From: Paraphysomonas bandaiensis
Lineage: Eukaryota; Protista; Chrysophyceae
DNA length: 64,000 bases
Reading direction: 5' to 3'
NCBI GenBank assembly: GCA_965644295.1
Contig: CBFFRP010000025.1
Coordinates: 1-64,000, forward strand
Positions 10,362-21,593 of this stretch are shown piece by piece (within the stretch, counting starts at the first letter, position 1; every line of letters starts with the position of its first letter). A program made the position numbers and the translations under genes. The notes under the pieces are model-generated. The model saw nothing but the letters and a program-made list of their open reading frames with translations, did not search any database and was not told the origin of the DNA.

Positions 10362-12383
10362 ATGGTTAGAAGTAGAGAGTTAGATAAAGTCCCGAGGAAG
10401 CAGCGGCGGGTACGTCTCGGTCCTCCTAAATGGGTCGAAGTGTTGTCGTTCTGTTTGATGGCTATAGTTACTGTATATTTTGCTTATACATACAGTGATC
10501 ATCTGACACATGGTCTGAGCCAATTTAGTTCGAGGAGACTATCCCGCAGTTCCCTATGCGAGATCCCATCGGACGATGAGGATGAAAGGGGCGGGTGCCC
10601 CCAACCAGCTAATCCGCCTGGACTTGCCGTTGGCCATTTTCTTGGTTGTCTTTATCTGTTCGTTGCGATTGCCATTGTATGCGACGAATTTTTTGTTCCG
10701 GCGTTGGAAGAGATTGCAGCACGATGGGAGGTAAGTGACGATGTAGCGGGCGCCACGCTTATGGCTGCTGGTGGGTCGGCCCCTGAGTTGGCTACTTCTC
10801 TCATTGGAACATTTCAAGGGTCTGACGTAGGCTTTGGTACTATTGTTGGATCAGCAGTATTCAACGTGCTCTTTGTGATTGCCTGCTGCGTGATGTTTAC
10901 ACCTAAAGATCTTGCTCCACTGAAGCTCACAGGATGGCCCCTCGCACGCGACTGTCTTTACTACATTGGTACTCTTATTATGGTCGCTGTTGTATTTGGT
11001 ATAAATTCTCCTGGTATTATTGAAGGGTGGGAAGCGTGCTTTTTGTTTTTGTTGTACCTTGGCTACTGCACGTTGATGGCCTACAATGAAAACCTCTATC
11101 ACCACTTCGTGGGAAACAAAATTGGCGATGAGGAAGATGATGAGTACGACGACAAAGTGATGCGCCGTGGATCGCTTGTTTTTCCTTCACATTATCGGGC
11201 GGGTTTTGTACAGCTACTTACTCAGAACGCTTCGGTGTTTGACACAGCTGGTGTTCACGTTGTTTATAAAATTAAGGGCGACGTGCGAACTGTCTTCGAT
11301 AAACTTGACACCGATAAATCCGGAAATTTAGATGCACATGAAATTAAAAGTTTGCTGCTACAACTGTGTGATTCTAATCTCGACAGTATAACAGACGAAC
11401 ACGTTGCAGAAGTAATGAAGGAACTCGATATTGACCAAAATGGTGTTGTCGATTTCTCGGAGTTCACTTTGTGGTATGTCAAATCTGAGGAGAGATTAAA
11501 AAATGAAGAAAGAAAAATGTTCGATGAATTCGATTTAAATAAATCGGGTCACATTCCCGTCTCAAGTTTGTCGAAGCTGTTGACCAGAATGCAGGTCCAC
11601 CACCACCCTTCCGAGCTGGAGGATGCTATTCAGAAGTTCAAAGGGAAAGATGATAATAAAGGATTAGTATCTTGGGAGGAGTTTTCGGAATGGTTTGAGC
11701 AGTCGCCATTCTGGGACGACAAGTTGCATGACGCAGAAATTGCGGCGGAAGCCGCAGAGGGAATTTGGGGAGAACTCTTGGACTTCCCCAAGGATAACTG
11801 GAGGAGTAATATGATGTATCTGTTTATGGCTCCTATTACATGGACTCTGGCATGCACAGTGGGTATAAAAGATGTGCGAATTCCAGGCAATGGAGGGTGG
11901 TGTTTCTTCGAATTTTTTGTTGCAATTGCATGGATTGGAGCTTATTCTTACCTTCTCGTGGACTGGATCACAACATTAGGAGCAACTATTGGTGTCCCTG
12001 CAGTGGTGATGGGATTGACTATCCTCGCAGCTGGAACGAGCGTACCAGATCTACTGTCTTCTGTTGTTGTAGCCAAGGCGGGTAAGGGTGACATGGCGGT
12101 ATCATCTTCCATCGGCAGCAACATATTCGACGTATGTGTAGGACTTCCTGTTCCTTGGATGCTTTTCAATATTGTCATGGACTGCCCTGTCGTGGTGGGT
12201 GCAGACAATCTTTTCATATCTGTGGTGGTTTTGCTCGGAATGGTCGCTGCGGTAATTACCAGTATCGTTGCTTCATCGTGGAAAATGAGTTATGGTCTTG
12301 GATGGACAATGTTGGGTTTGTATATTGTGTTTCTATTGCAGGATGTGTTGAGGGTGTATCTTGCGGGAGACGTTGCTTGTTGA
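10362..12383 (+). CDS. K+-dependent Na+/Ca2+ exchanger (NCKX/SLC24-like) with EF-hands in the central loop
   Basis: Alpha-1 repeat DVAGATLMAAGGSAPEL...GTIVGSAVFN; alpha-2 repeat GLTILAAGTSVPD...GDMAVSSSIGSNIFD; EF loops DTDKSGNLDAHE and DIDQNGVVDFSE. Confidence 0.95.
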   Translation: MVRSRELDKVPRKQRRVRLGPPKWVEVLSFCLMAIVTVYFAYTYSDHLTHGLSQFSSRRLSRSSLCEIPSDDEDERGGCPQPANPPGLAVGHFLGCLYLFVAIAIVCDEFFVPALEEIAARWEVSDDVAGATLMAAGGSAPELATSLIGTFQGSDVGFGTIVGSAVFNVLFVIACCVMFTPKDLAPLKLTGWPLARDCLYYIGTLIMVAVVFGINSPGIIEGWEACFLFLLYLGYCTLMAYNENLYHHFVGNKIGDEEDDEYDDKVMRRGSLVFPSHYRAGFVQLLTQNASVFDTAGVHVVYKIKGDVRTVFDKLDTDKSGNLDAHEIKSLLLQLCDSNLDSITDEHVAEVMKELDIDQNGVVDFSEFTLWYVKSEERLKNEERKMFDEFDLNKSGHIPVSSLSKLLTRMQVHHHPSELEDAIQKFKGKDDNKGLVSWEEFSEWFEQSPFWDDKLHDAEIAAEAAEGIWGELLDFPKDNWRSNMMYLFMAPITWTLACTVGIKDVRIPGNGGWCFFEFFVAIAWIGAYSYLLVDWITTLGATIGVPAVVMGLTILAAGTSVPDLLSSVVVAKAGKGDMAVSSSIGSNIFDVCVGLPVPWMLFNIVMDCPVVVGADNLFISVVVLLGMVAAVITSIVASSWKMSYGLGWTMLGLYIVFLLQDVLRVYLAGDVAC

Positions 12384-13135
12384 AAACAGCAAAACGTGTC
12401 TAGCAGATCATAAGACGTCACTGCTGTGCTAATAGGTGAAGTTGAAAATGAAATCTTTTAAAGATTTTGTTGAGTGGGATGAGTGTTTTATATTCGGACT
12501 GTAAAAATGTTCAGAACCTCTTCATCGCTTGCTTAGGCAGTGTGTATGAGTTTTATGATAGTGATTGTAGTAATCAATAGGAGGGGTTGGTGTAACGCCT
12601 CTATATCTCCATATAATAATAACTTTTAAGCAACCAAATGCTTTGGTTTATTGTTTTCGTTTAATGTTGCCTTGATTATGATCAACCATATTGCGTTACC
12701 ATTGCTTATGGAAGCCCTGAGTTTTATGAAATATTATGGCATTATACACTAGTTCTGGGATATTTTCGCAGTACATATCCCTTTAGGTTTAATGTGTTTC
12801 CATATAATATATTAAGCTGAAACCTTGTATAGATATAGTTTTTTATTATGCAACGACGAATTCTTTTTTCAATTTCCTTTCTTTTACTATGAGAACACAC
12901 GCTAGTGAGTGAGCATGATATCTTCGGACAAGGAGGTTCTGGTGCCATGCCTACTAATAAAAGTAACTTTATCATCGCAGGTCGCAGGGTACTAAACTCA
13001 TATACAATATGCAGTATTATTTCCTCTGATTCTGCCTTAGTCTTTGCGTCGTAATCATATATAAAAGAATCGCATATTGCCACCTACATAAAATATTCTT
13101 CTGGAAATGGATCCACCTTTAAGATGCCCGGGATC

Positions 13136-13270
13136 AGTCAGAGGATGTGAGGTTTATCAACACTCTGTGCGCTCAGTGCTCCGATGAGATTAGCTGTTTC
13201 GGTGACTGTGTGGCCAGAAAATCAAGGTGGTTCATAAAACTTTCCTCATGGATGCATGGCAAAGGCGATC
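13136..13270 (+). repeat. Fragment of an unidentified decayed repeat family (inverted homolog of ~59295-59452)
   Basis: AAACTTTCCTCATGGATGCATGGCAA here is the reverse complement of TTGCCATGCATCCATGAGGAAAGTTT at ~59299; the flanks also align. Confidence 0.75.
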
Positions 13271-13609
13271 GATGCCCAACTCCTAGTAAAGGAAGCAGTG
13301 GAGATCCGAGTGATGAGTATGAAAATGCTCCTTCCAACCTTTCCTCATTCACCACATAAATACCGCCGTATATACACTGCCGTATCTGTTCATATACGGT
13401 GCATACTACATATATATATACGGCTACCACTGACTGAAATACACTGTTGTGTCGTAAACGGTATACCAGGTATACACTCAACTACTGTACGTATTGCGCA
13501 GGATATCATCTGCCTGCATCATACATCTTGCACATCGTGACTGCTGCATCTACTGCCTTATGCAATAGAACAATATATTAATCTGGTAAGATTATTCTGC
13601 GGGGTATAT

Positions 13610-14107
13610 ATGTCGACTCTAGACAATGAATTCATGGCAACAGCAATTGCCGCGGCGAAAGCAGGCTATGCTGAAGGAGGAATACCAATAGGTGCGGCCC
13701 TGGTGCGTATATCTCCTCCTCCTCTCTGTCCTTCTAACGTTCCTCAGGTTGTTGATGGTAGAGTTTTGTCCACAGGGTATAATAGACGAGTTCAGAATAA
13801 TTCCGCAATTCATCATGGTGAAACCAATGCTCTTGAGAATGCTGGTCGACAGCCCGCCTCCGTGTACGCTAAGGCGACTATGTACACCACCTTGAGCCCA
13901 TGTCACATGTGTACAGGTGCTATATTATTGTATAAAATACCCCGGGTTGTTATTGGAGAAAACAAAACTTTTATGGGAGCTGAAGATCTACTTCGTGCGA
14001 ATGGGGTGGAAGTATTTGTCATGAACAATTCCGAGTGTGTATCATTAATGGAAGAGTTTATACGAACGAAACCCGAGCTGTGGAATGAGGATATTGGAGA
14101 AGTTTAA
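13610..14107 (+). CDS. FCY1: Cytosine deaminase (yeast Fcy1-type), with a probable 45-nt intron at 13703-13747
   Basis: EGGIPIGAAL, HGETNALENAGR, TTLSPCHMC, and WNEDIGE C-terminus. Confidence 0.93.
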   Translation: MSTLDNEFMATAIAAAKAGYAEGGIPIGAALVRISPPPLCPSNVPQVVDGRVLSTGYNRRVQNNSAIHHGETNALENAGRQPASVYAKATMYTTLSPCHMCTGAILLYKIPRVVIGENKTFMGAEDLLRANGVEVFVMNNSECVSLMEEFIRTKPELWNEDIGEV

Positions 14108-14563
14108 CGTATGTTTGTTATGAACGTCTGAGTTCTACATGGTTTATCTCTGAAGTGTCTACATGTCTACTACACAAGCGAGAAGTAGCAACCTAATCTT
14201 TGCTCTTATGTGTGGTATACTGTAGACTAGGTTTCTACGAGAATTTTCTGTCTAATAAGAATTCTATTAACTCGAATAAGTTCAGCATAAATACCAGAAC
14301 ATTAGCGATTTTGCACTTGGCTCGTGCAATATTTAACTTCAGGAGTAGAGTGGGCTGAGCGGTTATGGCTGTGGTATGTACCTTCTAATACAATTTTTAT
14401 ACCGAGAAATTTTGAAGATATATTTAATAACTCGAAAATTCGTTAACAAATACCAGCCAGTATGCTATACCAAAGTAGAATCGCAGGCAGGTTCGTTCGC
14501 TGTATACCAAGTAAAACGAAAGGTCACATCCATCTATAACTCTCCAAATTAGTAGCTGTGTAA

Positions 14564-15908
14564 TCACACAGCAGTTGATACTGCGCTACGGAATGAAAAA
14601 GAGAACTTTCTACGTAATATTGTGGTTGGACTTCCCTTGCACATATATTGCGAAGCAATGAAGAAGTATTCGTCCAATGCATCCATCACCTCCTTCTTGG
14701 ACACCTCTGAATCCGTGATAAATTCCAGTCGATTTTTGCGGCGGTGATGAGTGCTTGCTGGAAAGCGATCTTTAATTTGTTTGCGTAGAGAATCCACATT
14801 GATAACAAGAGGGGACGTATAGGACTTGTCCCGTAATTTGTTCCAAGATACCTCAAGTATTTCGAAAAACTTGTGGTTCCGCAGAGCTTCGTAGTTGGAA
14901 CCAGACCCAAGCCTTTGAGGTATACGTATATCAAGAAGTCCATTAATAAGATTCTTAAAATCCGCGGATACGTTGACACCACAAGAGCTGACAGGCGGAA
15001 TATCCACTTGCGGTAAATTCACTTGAATGCTCGCTTGTGAGCACACGAATTGTCTGTCATAATTTTGAGGATTAAAAAACACCGATTTCCCAAATACCAT
15101 TCTACTCGTGCTATTAGGAAGTCCATAGTAGTATGAGTACCATAGATTTTCATAGTTATTGCCTACAAATTCTATGAAGGAGTGTGGACAATGCTTGCTG
15201 AAAGGCCGTTTCAAAAACATTAATTCGTACAACACTATTCCAAGACTCCAGAAATCACTCTCTGTGCTATGTCGCTGAGAGGAGGTTAATATTTCTGGCG
15301 CAAGATAACACAGTGTGCCGCTTGAATGACTGCACACCATACTCCCGGAGGCAGTAGAGCTCGTGTGTGAAATACCGAAATCACAGAGTCGTGGATAACC
15401 TTGGCAATCCAGAACAATGTTTTCTGGTTTAACATCTAGATGAAATACGTGTTATAACAATGGGAGCACACTGTCAGTACATTATACCTCTGTGGATAAT
15501 TCCATGAGAGTGAACGTGATGCAGAGCAGAAGAAATACATGCAGCGATGAAGGCAATGCATTTCTCTGTAAATTGAAAGGAATTATTGATGTGATGCCGC
15601 AAGTCTCCACCCTCTAGTAAGTCCATCACCATATAGCAGTTGACATTATCGTGATAGGCGAAGTGCAGATTGCATAGAAGAGGGTGATATTGAAGAGTTT
15701 TCAGGGCAGTTATCTCTGATTTGAGAATATTGATCCCTTTTGGCTTCGATAAGCATGACTGTATACAGACAACTTTCACAGCGAGTTTTGTCTGGCTGGG
15801 AGTGTATACTGCTGTCTTGACAGTAGCAAAAGATCCTGCGCCTATAATATCACCCTCAGCGATATTACCTTTTAAGATTGAGGATGGGGATGTGACGGCT
15901 CCTCCCAT
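14564..15908 (-). CDS. AGC-group Ser/Thr protein kinase (STK32/YANK-like), one intron at ~15438-15488
   Basis: GAGSFATV, LAVK, DLLEGGDLRHH, spliced HR|DVKPEN, CDFG, GTLCYLAPE, DFWSLG. Confidence 0.92.
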
Positions 15909-16169
15909 GACAACAGAATAGCGTTACTGTGGACAACAATCAGTGAAATGCATGTACTTTTGTTCTAAAATATACATATAGCATGCACGGGCATGTTAAT
16001 CGATCAGTGGGCAGCTTCAGATTGTGTTCCGATTCGACATTTTACGTCATCATTGCAATGTAACAGATTAGCCAATAGTATATCCTTGTATTCTATTAAG
16101 ATAATATGATTGGTTAATGTTATTACAGTGCCAGATGAGACAACAGAGTACAGTAACTGTAGTCACGTA

Positions 16170-16315
16170 TCGGCATCCTTTGTATATTTTTGTTCAAAGA
16201 TGCCTCAAATATTGAGTCAATAATTATCTGTATTACAGCCGTAGTTGTATCTCAGAAATATAGACTACTTTTGCTTCAATTTATTCCCGAAAAAGATGCA
16301 GACTGCCCATACGTT
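16170..16315 (+). repeat. ~145-bp dispersed repeat (second copy 18783-18929)
   Basis: TATATTTTTGTTCA.AGATGCCTC.AATATTGAG...TTTTGCTTCAATTTATTCCCGAAAA...GCAGACTGCC.ATACG occurs at both places. Confidence 0.85.
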
Positions 16316-18023
16316 CTCATCTTGGTGTTTGGGGCATATTCAGCGCCTCTACTTCGTCTAATTGCATGTATATTCATTGGACTGTCGTGGAACAATGTTT
16401 GTGGTTTTGAAATTATTGCGTGAGGGTATCTGATTATCTCAGAACATGGAGTATAAATTCATCAAGCGATGATGGCAAATTAACTTAATCATCTTCGTCG
16501 AAGTAAATAATAGAACCGACGGACACATGAGAAGGCGTGCAAGTTAGTTGGATGTGGTGTTAGTAGTTTACAAGACTCCTAACGGAGTATGTGATCCTTG
16601 ATTAGGATAAGAATCTCTAAAAGTTTTTGGGATGGTTTCAAATAACTGTTACATTGAACCCCTGATGAAACTATCATTTCTTAGTTAGGTGTTGTTATAA
16701 ATGACTTAAAGTTTGCTTATTTTTTATTAGCCTAACCATGTGCGATACATATTACCTCAGTGTACGACTTCAGTTGCCAAACAGACATCGCCAATGAAGC
16801 TTTCTCCAGCACCCAGCAAATTGTATAATCAGTCTATCAGTTCCAGAATGAATACGTATTACAGATCTTATAGTAAGTTTGAACCTTTAACTAACTACAT
16901 GTATTTGTACCGCCAATGGTTATGTGCTGTACACACTTCAATTATACTTTGATGATATTAAAAACATTTCAATTAATTAAGCAGGTTGTAGTCAAATTGC
17001 AACTTGGTTGTAGTCAAATTGCAACTATTTTCATTTATTGTGATTTCAACAATTGACAATTAGTTGATACGTAGCCCTGAAAAACTAATTATGATACATG
17101 TCATATAGTTTGGTATGTGTTCCAATGGTCGGCAATCGGCAATAAATTGGATGCCTTATCGAGATTAAACATTACAATTATAGCTATATTTAACTTAGAA
17201 TATAAGGAGGCTATATCGTCCCACGCTGACATTTTGAAACGAAGACGATAAAGCCCGGCTTTTAAAGTTTGGACAAAGGACGATACTTCTATCCCTAGGT
17301 TAACCTCATGATGTTGTGAAAGCATATATCTAATTGTATAGGTATCTGTTATTACATTCTGTCAAATGAAAAAGATGTTCCCAACTTAAAATTAAGAAAA
17401 CAAATGAAAAATTATATTATCATTTTTAATCAATCATATCTACAGAAGGGAATGGCCATGGTACTAGATTAACTCAAAACAATATATCCTCAAATTTCAA
17501 TAATAGCTACAACAAATATACCCCTACCACACAAGGATATTGAGGAAATAGCAACCTCAAGATATTTAATTTCTTACATAAGTGTAAAGATGAATAAAAT
17601 TCGTTGCAGTCGCATGAGGCATCTTCTTGCTTGCCGTAATTGACGTCATCATCCCTCATCTGAGACTCTTAAGATGTAACACTCTTAAATCTTGCATCTT
17701 GCTAGTACAACGTCATGTTGCATGTATGCTGTAAATATGATAAGAAGCACACAATCCAGAGAGGCATAGTGTACTACTTAGTTTCTGAAGCGTGTGCCAC
17801 TTTCTAACTGATATAGACAGGTAAAGTAGAGATTCCAACGCCTAAGGTAAACTAAGGCCTCTGCTTGTGATGTATACGCACTGCTCATAGAGAATCAATT
17901 ATTTCGCTACAATTCCCCATTCACTTTGCCACGTAATTATTACGTATCCATACTTAGAGATATATCTACTTGTACGTAAATATAAGAAACCAAACTGCAA
18001 CTGCAATTTTGATTCCCGATGAA

Positions 18024-18049
18024 CCTAACCCTAACCCTAACCCTAACCC
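18024..18049 (+). repeat. Short interstitial telomere-like repeat (CCCTAA) x~4
   Basis: cctaaccctaaccctaaccctaaccc. Confidence 0.85.
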
Positions 18050-18202
18050 AAACTGATTATAGAATATAATTATATTAACATTACATATATTGGCACCCAA
18101 AATAATAGTAATGATATAAGGGTATCACTGCAGTTGGTTTGGCTTCGACATAGAAAAATACTCACGATTTCCGAGTGTCATTAAAATATTTTCCACAATG
18201 TT

Positions 18203-18427
18203 TTAAGCTCTATAAAAGACCTTCCCAAACACAGCATCTCTCAATGATTCGTGTCCACCAGTCATATAAAGAACCAACGAAAAACCATAATTCACGAATA
18301 TGAGAAAGCCTATCAAGAGGAAGAAATGGAGAATTGCTGCCTCAGTCTTTCCCAGCATATATATTCCAGTCATTACAGTGTACCGAAAATACTGTCTCTT
18401 CAATACTGTAACTATAGATGATAACAT
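18203..18427 (-). CDS. Serine palmitoyltransferase small subunit-like protein
   Basis: 74 aa; YFRYTVMTGIYMLGKTE followed by one TM segment resembles the ssSPT Y..Y...T..YML...E motif. Confidence 0.75.
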   Translation of the reverse strand: MLSSIVTVLKRQYFRYTVMTGIYMLGKTEAAILHFFLLIGFLIFVNYGFSLVLYMTGGHESLRDAVFGKVFYRA

Positions 18428-18782
18428 CGTGATATAGAGGATATGGATATGCGATGCGACGGATTTGGTGCTGTGATAATTGAACTATGAATGAGTTGAA
18501 TTATTTCTTGTTGTGGAGATGTAAACTGCAGTGCTCTGCTGAACTGTGTGTGGGCGGTATGGTATGGCGTTATAGAGCACTGCTGTGTGATATATGGGGC
18601 GAGGAAAACACCAACCTCCTCCATAAAATGTGTACTATACTACGACTTTTATACATAAAAATACCACTTTTTAGCTCCAAGCGATATACTGCACCTGCAA
18701 AGCAGTCCCATATGAATACCACCGTCGACTACATCAGAATACGTAGAGTACAGATGGTCTGATGTGTTGATTGGTGAGGTGT

Positions 18783-18929
18783 TGGCATCGCTGGTATATT
18801 TTTGTTCAGAGATGCCTCTAATATTGAGACAACAATTATCTGTATTCCAGCCGTAGTTGTATTGCCGTAATATAGACTAATTTTGCTTCAATTTATTCCC
18901 GAAAACTATGACGCAGACTGCCGATACGC
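18783..18929 (+). repeat. ~145-bp dispersed repeat (copy of 16170-16315)
   Basis: Alignment by eye. Confidence 0.85.
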
Positions 18930-19164
18930 CGAGAGTCCTTCAAACAGCTCTGCACTGTGTGTATATATGCACATGTTCCATCAGTTGTTCTAATATACAT
19001 ATACAGGATGAGGCTACGAAGCAGCTATGTGTAGATATACTCATTGTAGCTTGCAGTCAGTGTTCTTAGTAACAGAGACAGCCGTATAACGTATACAGCA
19101 GACTACCAGTTGCCTGACTATATAATACTCAATCCTCAGCTCATCTGAGGCTGCCGTCGTCGTC

Positions 19165-20190
19165 ATGCAGAAGGCTATGGAGCTGTATCTAGCTTGGCTG
19201 ATTCCCTCATCAGTGTCTTTCTTATGTTCCGTTTTTCTCTTGTATTATATCTTAGTCCGACATAAGAAGCTGCGCAATCAGCTCTTTCATCAGCTGACTG
19301 TATTCTTAGCAGCCGCAGATTTGATACAAAGTGGTAACTGGTTTATTGGAGCAAAGTATACCGCCCCTTACTCTCAATGTGCCGTTCAAGAGTATATGTT
19401 ACAGGCTGGAACTCTCTTCAAAGCATTCACCACAATCATTATATGTGGTTTGGCTACCTATATTGTCAGTCAACAGAAGCATCCTAATCAGATTGCTGTT
19501 CTTCGGTATGGTGCCATTGTATTGCTTATTCCTTGTCTAGCTGTTGTTCTTTCCATCTCTCTGCACTCGGCAAAGCTTTTTTGCAATGTACACATTGACA
19601 AGTACAGCGATGCATCACGAGATGAAAGAATTTCTATATTAGCATTTTGGCTATGTTTTGAAGTTCTAGTCTATATATGTGCACTTGTTGATGTAACTTT
19701 CCTGTGTACAATAGACAGGCGATTGAAAGCTATTCACTCTAGCCTAACTAGCACAAGCAGAGCGATATCCGTTGATGATGGGAGTTCCCTTCACACGAAA
19801 CGTCAGCTCCAGTTAATACAATTTGTGAACCGTTTACGTTTTTATCCCCTCGTTTTTGTCGTTTGCTGGGTTCCAGATTCCATATCACTTTTGGTTATTC
19901 TCTTAACCGGCAGACACGCGCTAACTCTACGACTCATTGCGAACGCTGCTGGAGGATCAACTGGCTGGGCAATTGCATTGAGTTACTTTTATTTTCAGTA
20001 CAACACTCCATCCCGAACTCTCTCTACTATAAAAAGTACATCTTCAAGTGGAGGGTCTGGAGCTGATAGTAGGACACATGTGCTGAGTGTGGAAGTTAAT
20101 GACAGTGGCATATCTGATGTGGACAATGGGGACGCGAAGCGAAGCACAACGTTTACAACTGCTAATAGATTACAGTATCAAGAATGTTAA
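19165..20190 (+). CDS. 7TM GPCR of the cAMP-receptor-like / GCR1 family
   Basis: Seven hydrophobic segments; LAAADL, C.VQ, and RLRFYPLVFVVCWVP. Confidence 0.85.
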   Translation: MQKAMELYLAWLIPSSVSFLCSVFLLYYILVRHKKLRNQLFHQLTVFLAAADLIQSGNWFIGAKYTAPYSQCAVQEYMLQAGTLFKAFTTIIICGLATYIVSQQKHPNQIAVLRYGAIVLLIPCLAVVLSISLHSAKLFCNVHIDKYSDASRDERISILAFWLCFEVLVYICALVDVTFLCTIDRRLKAIHSSLTSTSRAISVDDGSSLHTKRQLQLIQFVNRLRFYPLVFVVCWVPDSISLLVILLTGRHALTLRLIANAAGGSTGWAIALSYFYFQYNTPSRTLSTIKSTSSSGGSGADSRTHVLSVEVNDSGISDVDNGDAKRSTTFTTANRLQYQEC

Positions 20191-20607
20191 AACGTGACTA
20201 CTAGGCCTTGTGTTGTAATACATGCGTCTCACTTATATAGTATTGGTTAAGTTACACGGTTTGTATTGCAACGTTATAGTTGCAGACTACTTTGTCACTG
20301 TTTATCTAGTATTTTAAAATTTTAAAAGAAAGTTTGTTTCGCAGTATAAAAGATAGACACTATTTCTGTAGCTCATATATGGAGTAAACCACATCGGTAA
20401 TAACTTGACATATCATTAAGATGAACCAACGAGGCTAGAATCCAAACTCTTCAAGTATTGTAAAAATGACAGGGTTGTATATGGTGTAGGTATTTAAGTA
20501 TTCACGTTTCTTTGGACGTTGAATCCTGCTATCACGTGGTATGGACTATGGATGCTACATATTAATTTGTAGTCGTATAAGACATAATAATAACAGATTG
20601 ACATTCC

Positions 20608-20850
20608 GTTGACTTCAGCAGGCAGCCCAATACCCCGGAGCGATGCCCCTGAGGTGGGCCCATTTGCGGGTGCCTGTTTATTTGTCAAGGCTCAAAGATA
20701 TATACACAAGTGACTCTAATTAGTGTGCCTTGTACCACACAAGCATTAGGCCATGAGTGGGCAGAATATCTGCTGGCTATATATGCGGCTCAAGTTAGAC
20801 GTTGGTATCTCCGTTACTAATTCCCAAAACACCACGAAAAGCTGCGAATG
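20608..20850. repeat. Copy of the unidentified decayed repeat family (also at ~47415-47600, ~58387-58570, ~59470-59955)
   Basis: Shared TTGACTTCAGCAGGCAGCCCAATACCCCGGA...GAGGTGGGCCCATT...TGCCTGTTTATT.GTCAAGG...GAGTGGGCAGAATATCTGCTG...CACCACGAAAA. Confidence 0.9.
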
Positions 20851-20954
20851 TCGGTAGTACATTGTTCTTCCAATTGATTTTGGCAGCCTTGCGATCGATT
20901 AAAAGAACTACATTGTCTGTGATCTGTGATCATCAACGATATATCTAATTTATG

Positions 20955-21428
20955 TAGAGGTCTAACTAGTATGTCTCAGGCGACATCCACCCCACGAACT
21001 ATACTCTCTGCAAGAGCCCAGACCCGACAGAGGCAAGCGCAACCACTCCGGAAACAACACCTCCTTACTTGTGGCCGAAACCCCACCTCAACAACCAGCA
21101 CCATCTCCACCACCGACTTGCACTCTCATATACATCTCACCTCACCCACCCCCCACATAATCCATGGCACAGGCCCGCCAGACACATTGCCCAAAGGTAG
21201 ACCCCCCGACTAACCTCACTACAAGGGACGGTTGCACCATGGTGCTCGCAGCGATGCACTAGTAGTATATAGCAAATCTAGTTATTAGCTAGTCTATAAA
21301 CTAGTTTCTGTACGCAACCGTACTCATGTAATAATCAGACTTTCATATACTAGTATGTCTAGCATTCAATTAGCCACTATATTGGCACGAGTTTTTAACG
21401 CCTATTGCTAAATAACAGGACTTTCAAT
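20955..21428 (+). mobile_element. Two nested 5'-truncated 3' ends of the LINE family (inner copy 20977-21348)
   Basis: Outer TSD ATATATCTAATTTATG (20939-20954 / 21429-21444); inner TSD ACTAGTATGTCT (20965-20976 / 21349-21360). The inner copy encodes ...PKGRPPD* and ends AATAATCAGACTTTCA; the outer copy matches the last ~90 nt of the LINE 3' UTR. Confidence 0.85.
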
Positions 21429-21593
21429 ATATATCTAATTTATGACATAAGGGTCATAAACGCTCCTTCAAGTATTAGAAAAGATGTACACATTGATATT
21501 ATCTTTACTCTGCCTCATGTATCTTAACGTCACAATCATATTATAGGAAACAGTTCTAAATACTTCGATAGTACAGGCACGAAAAGTAATTGC

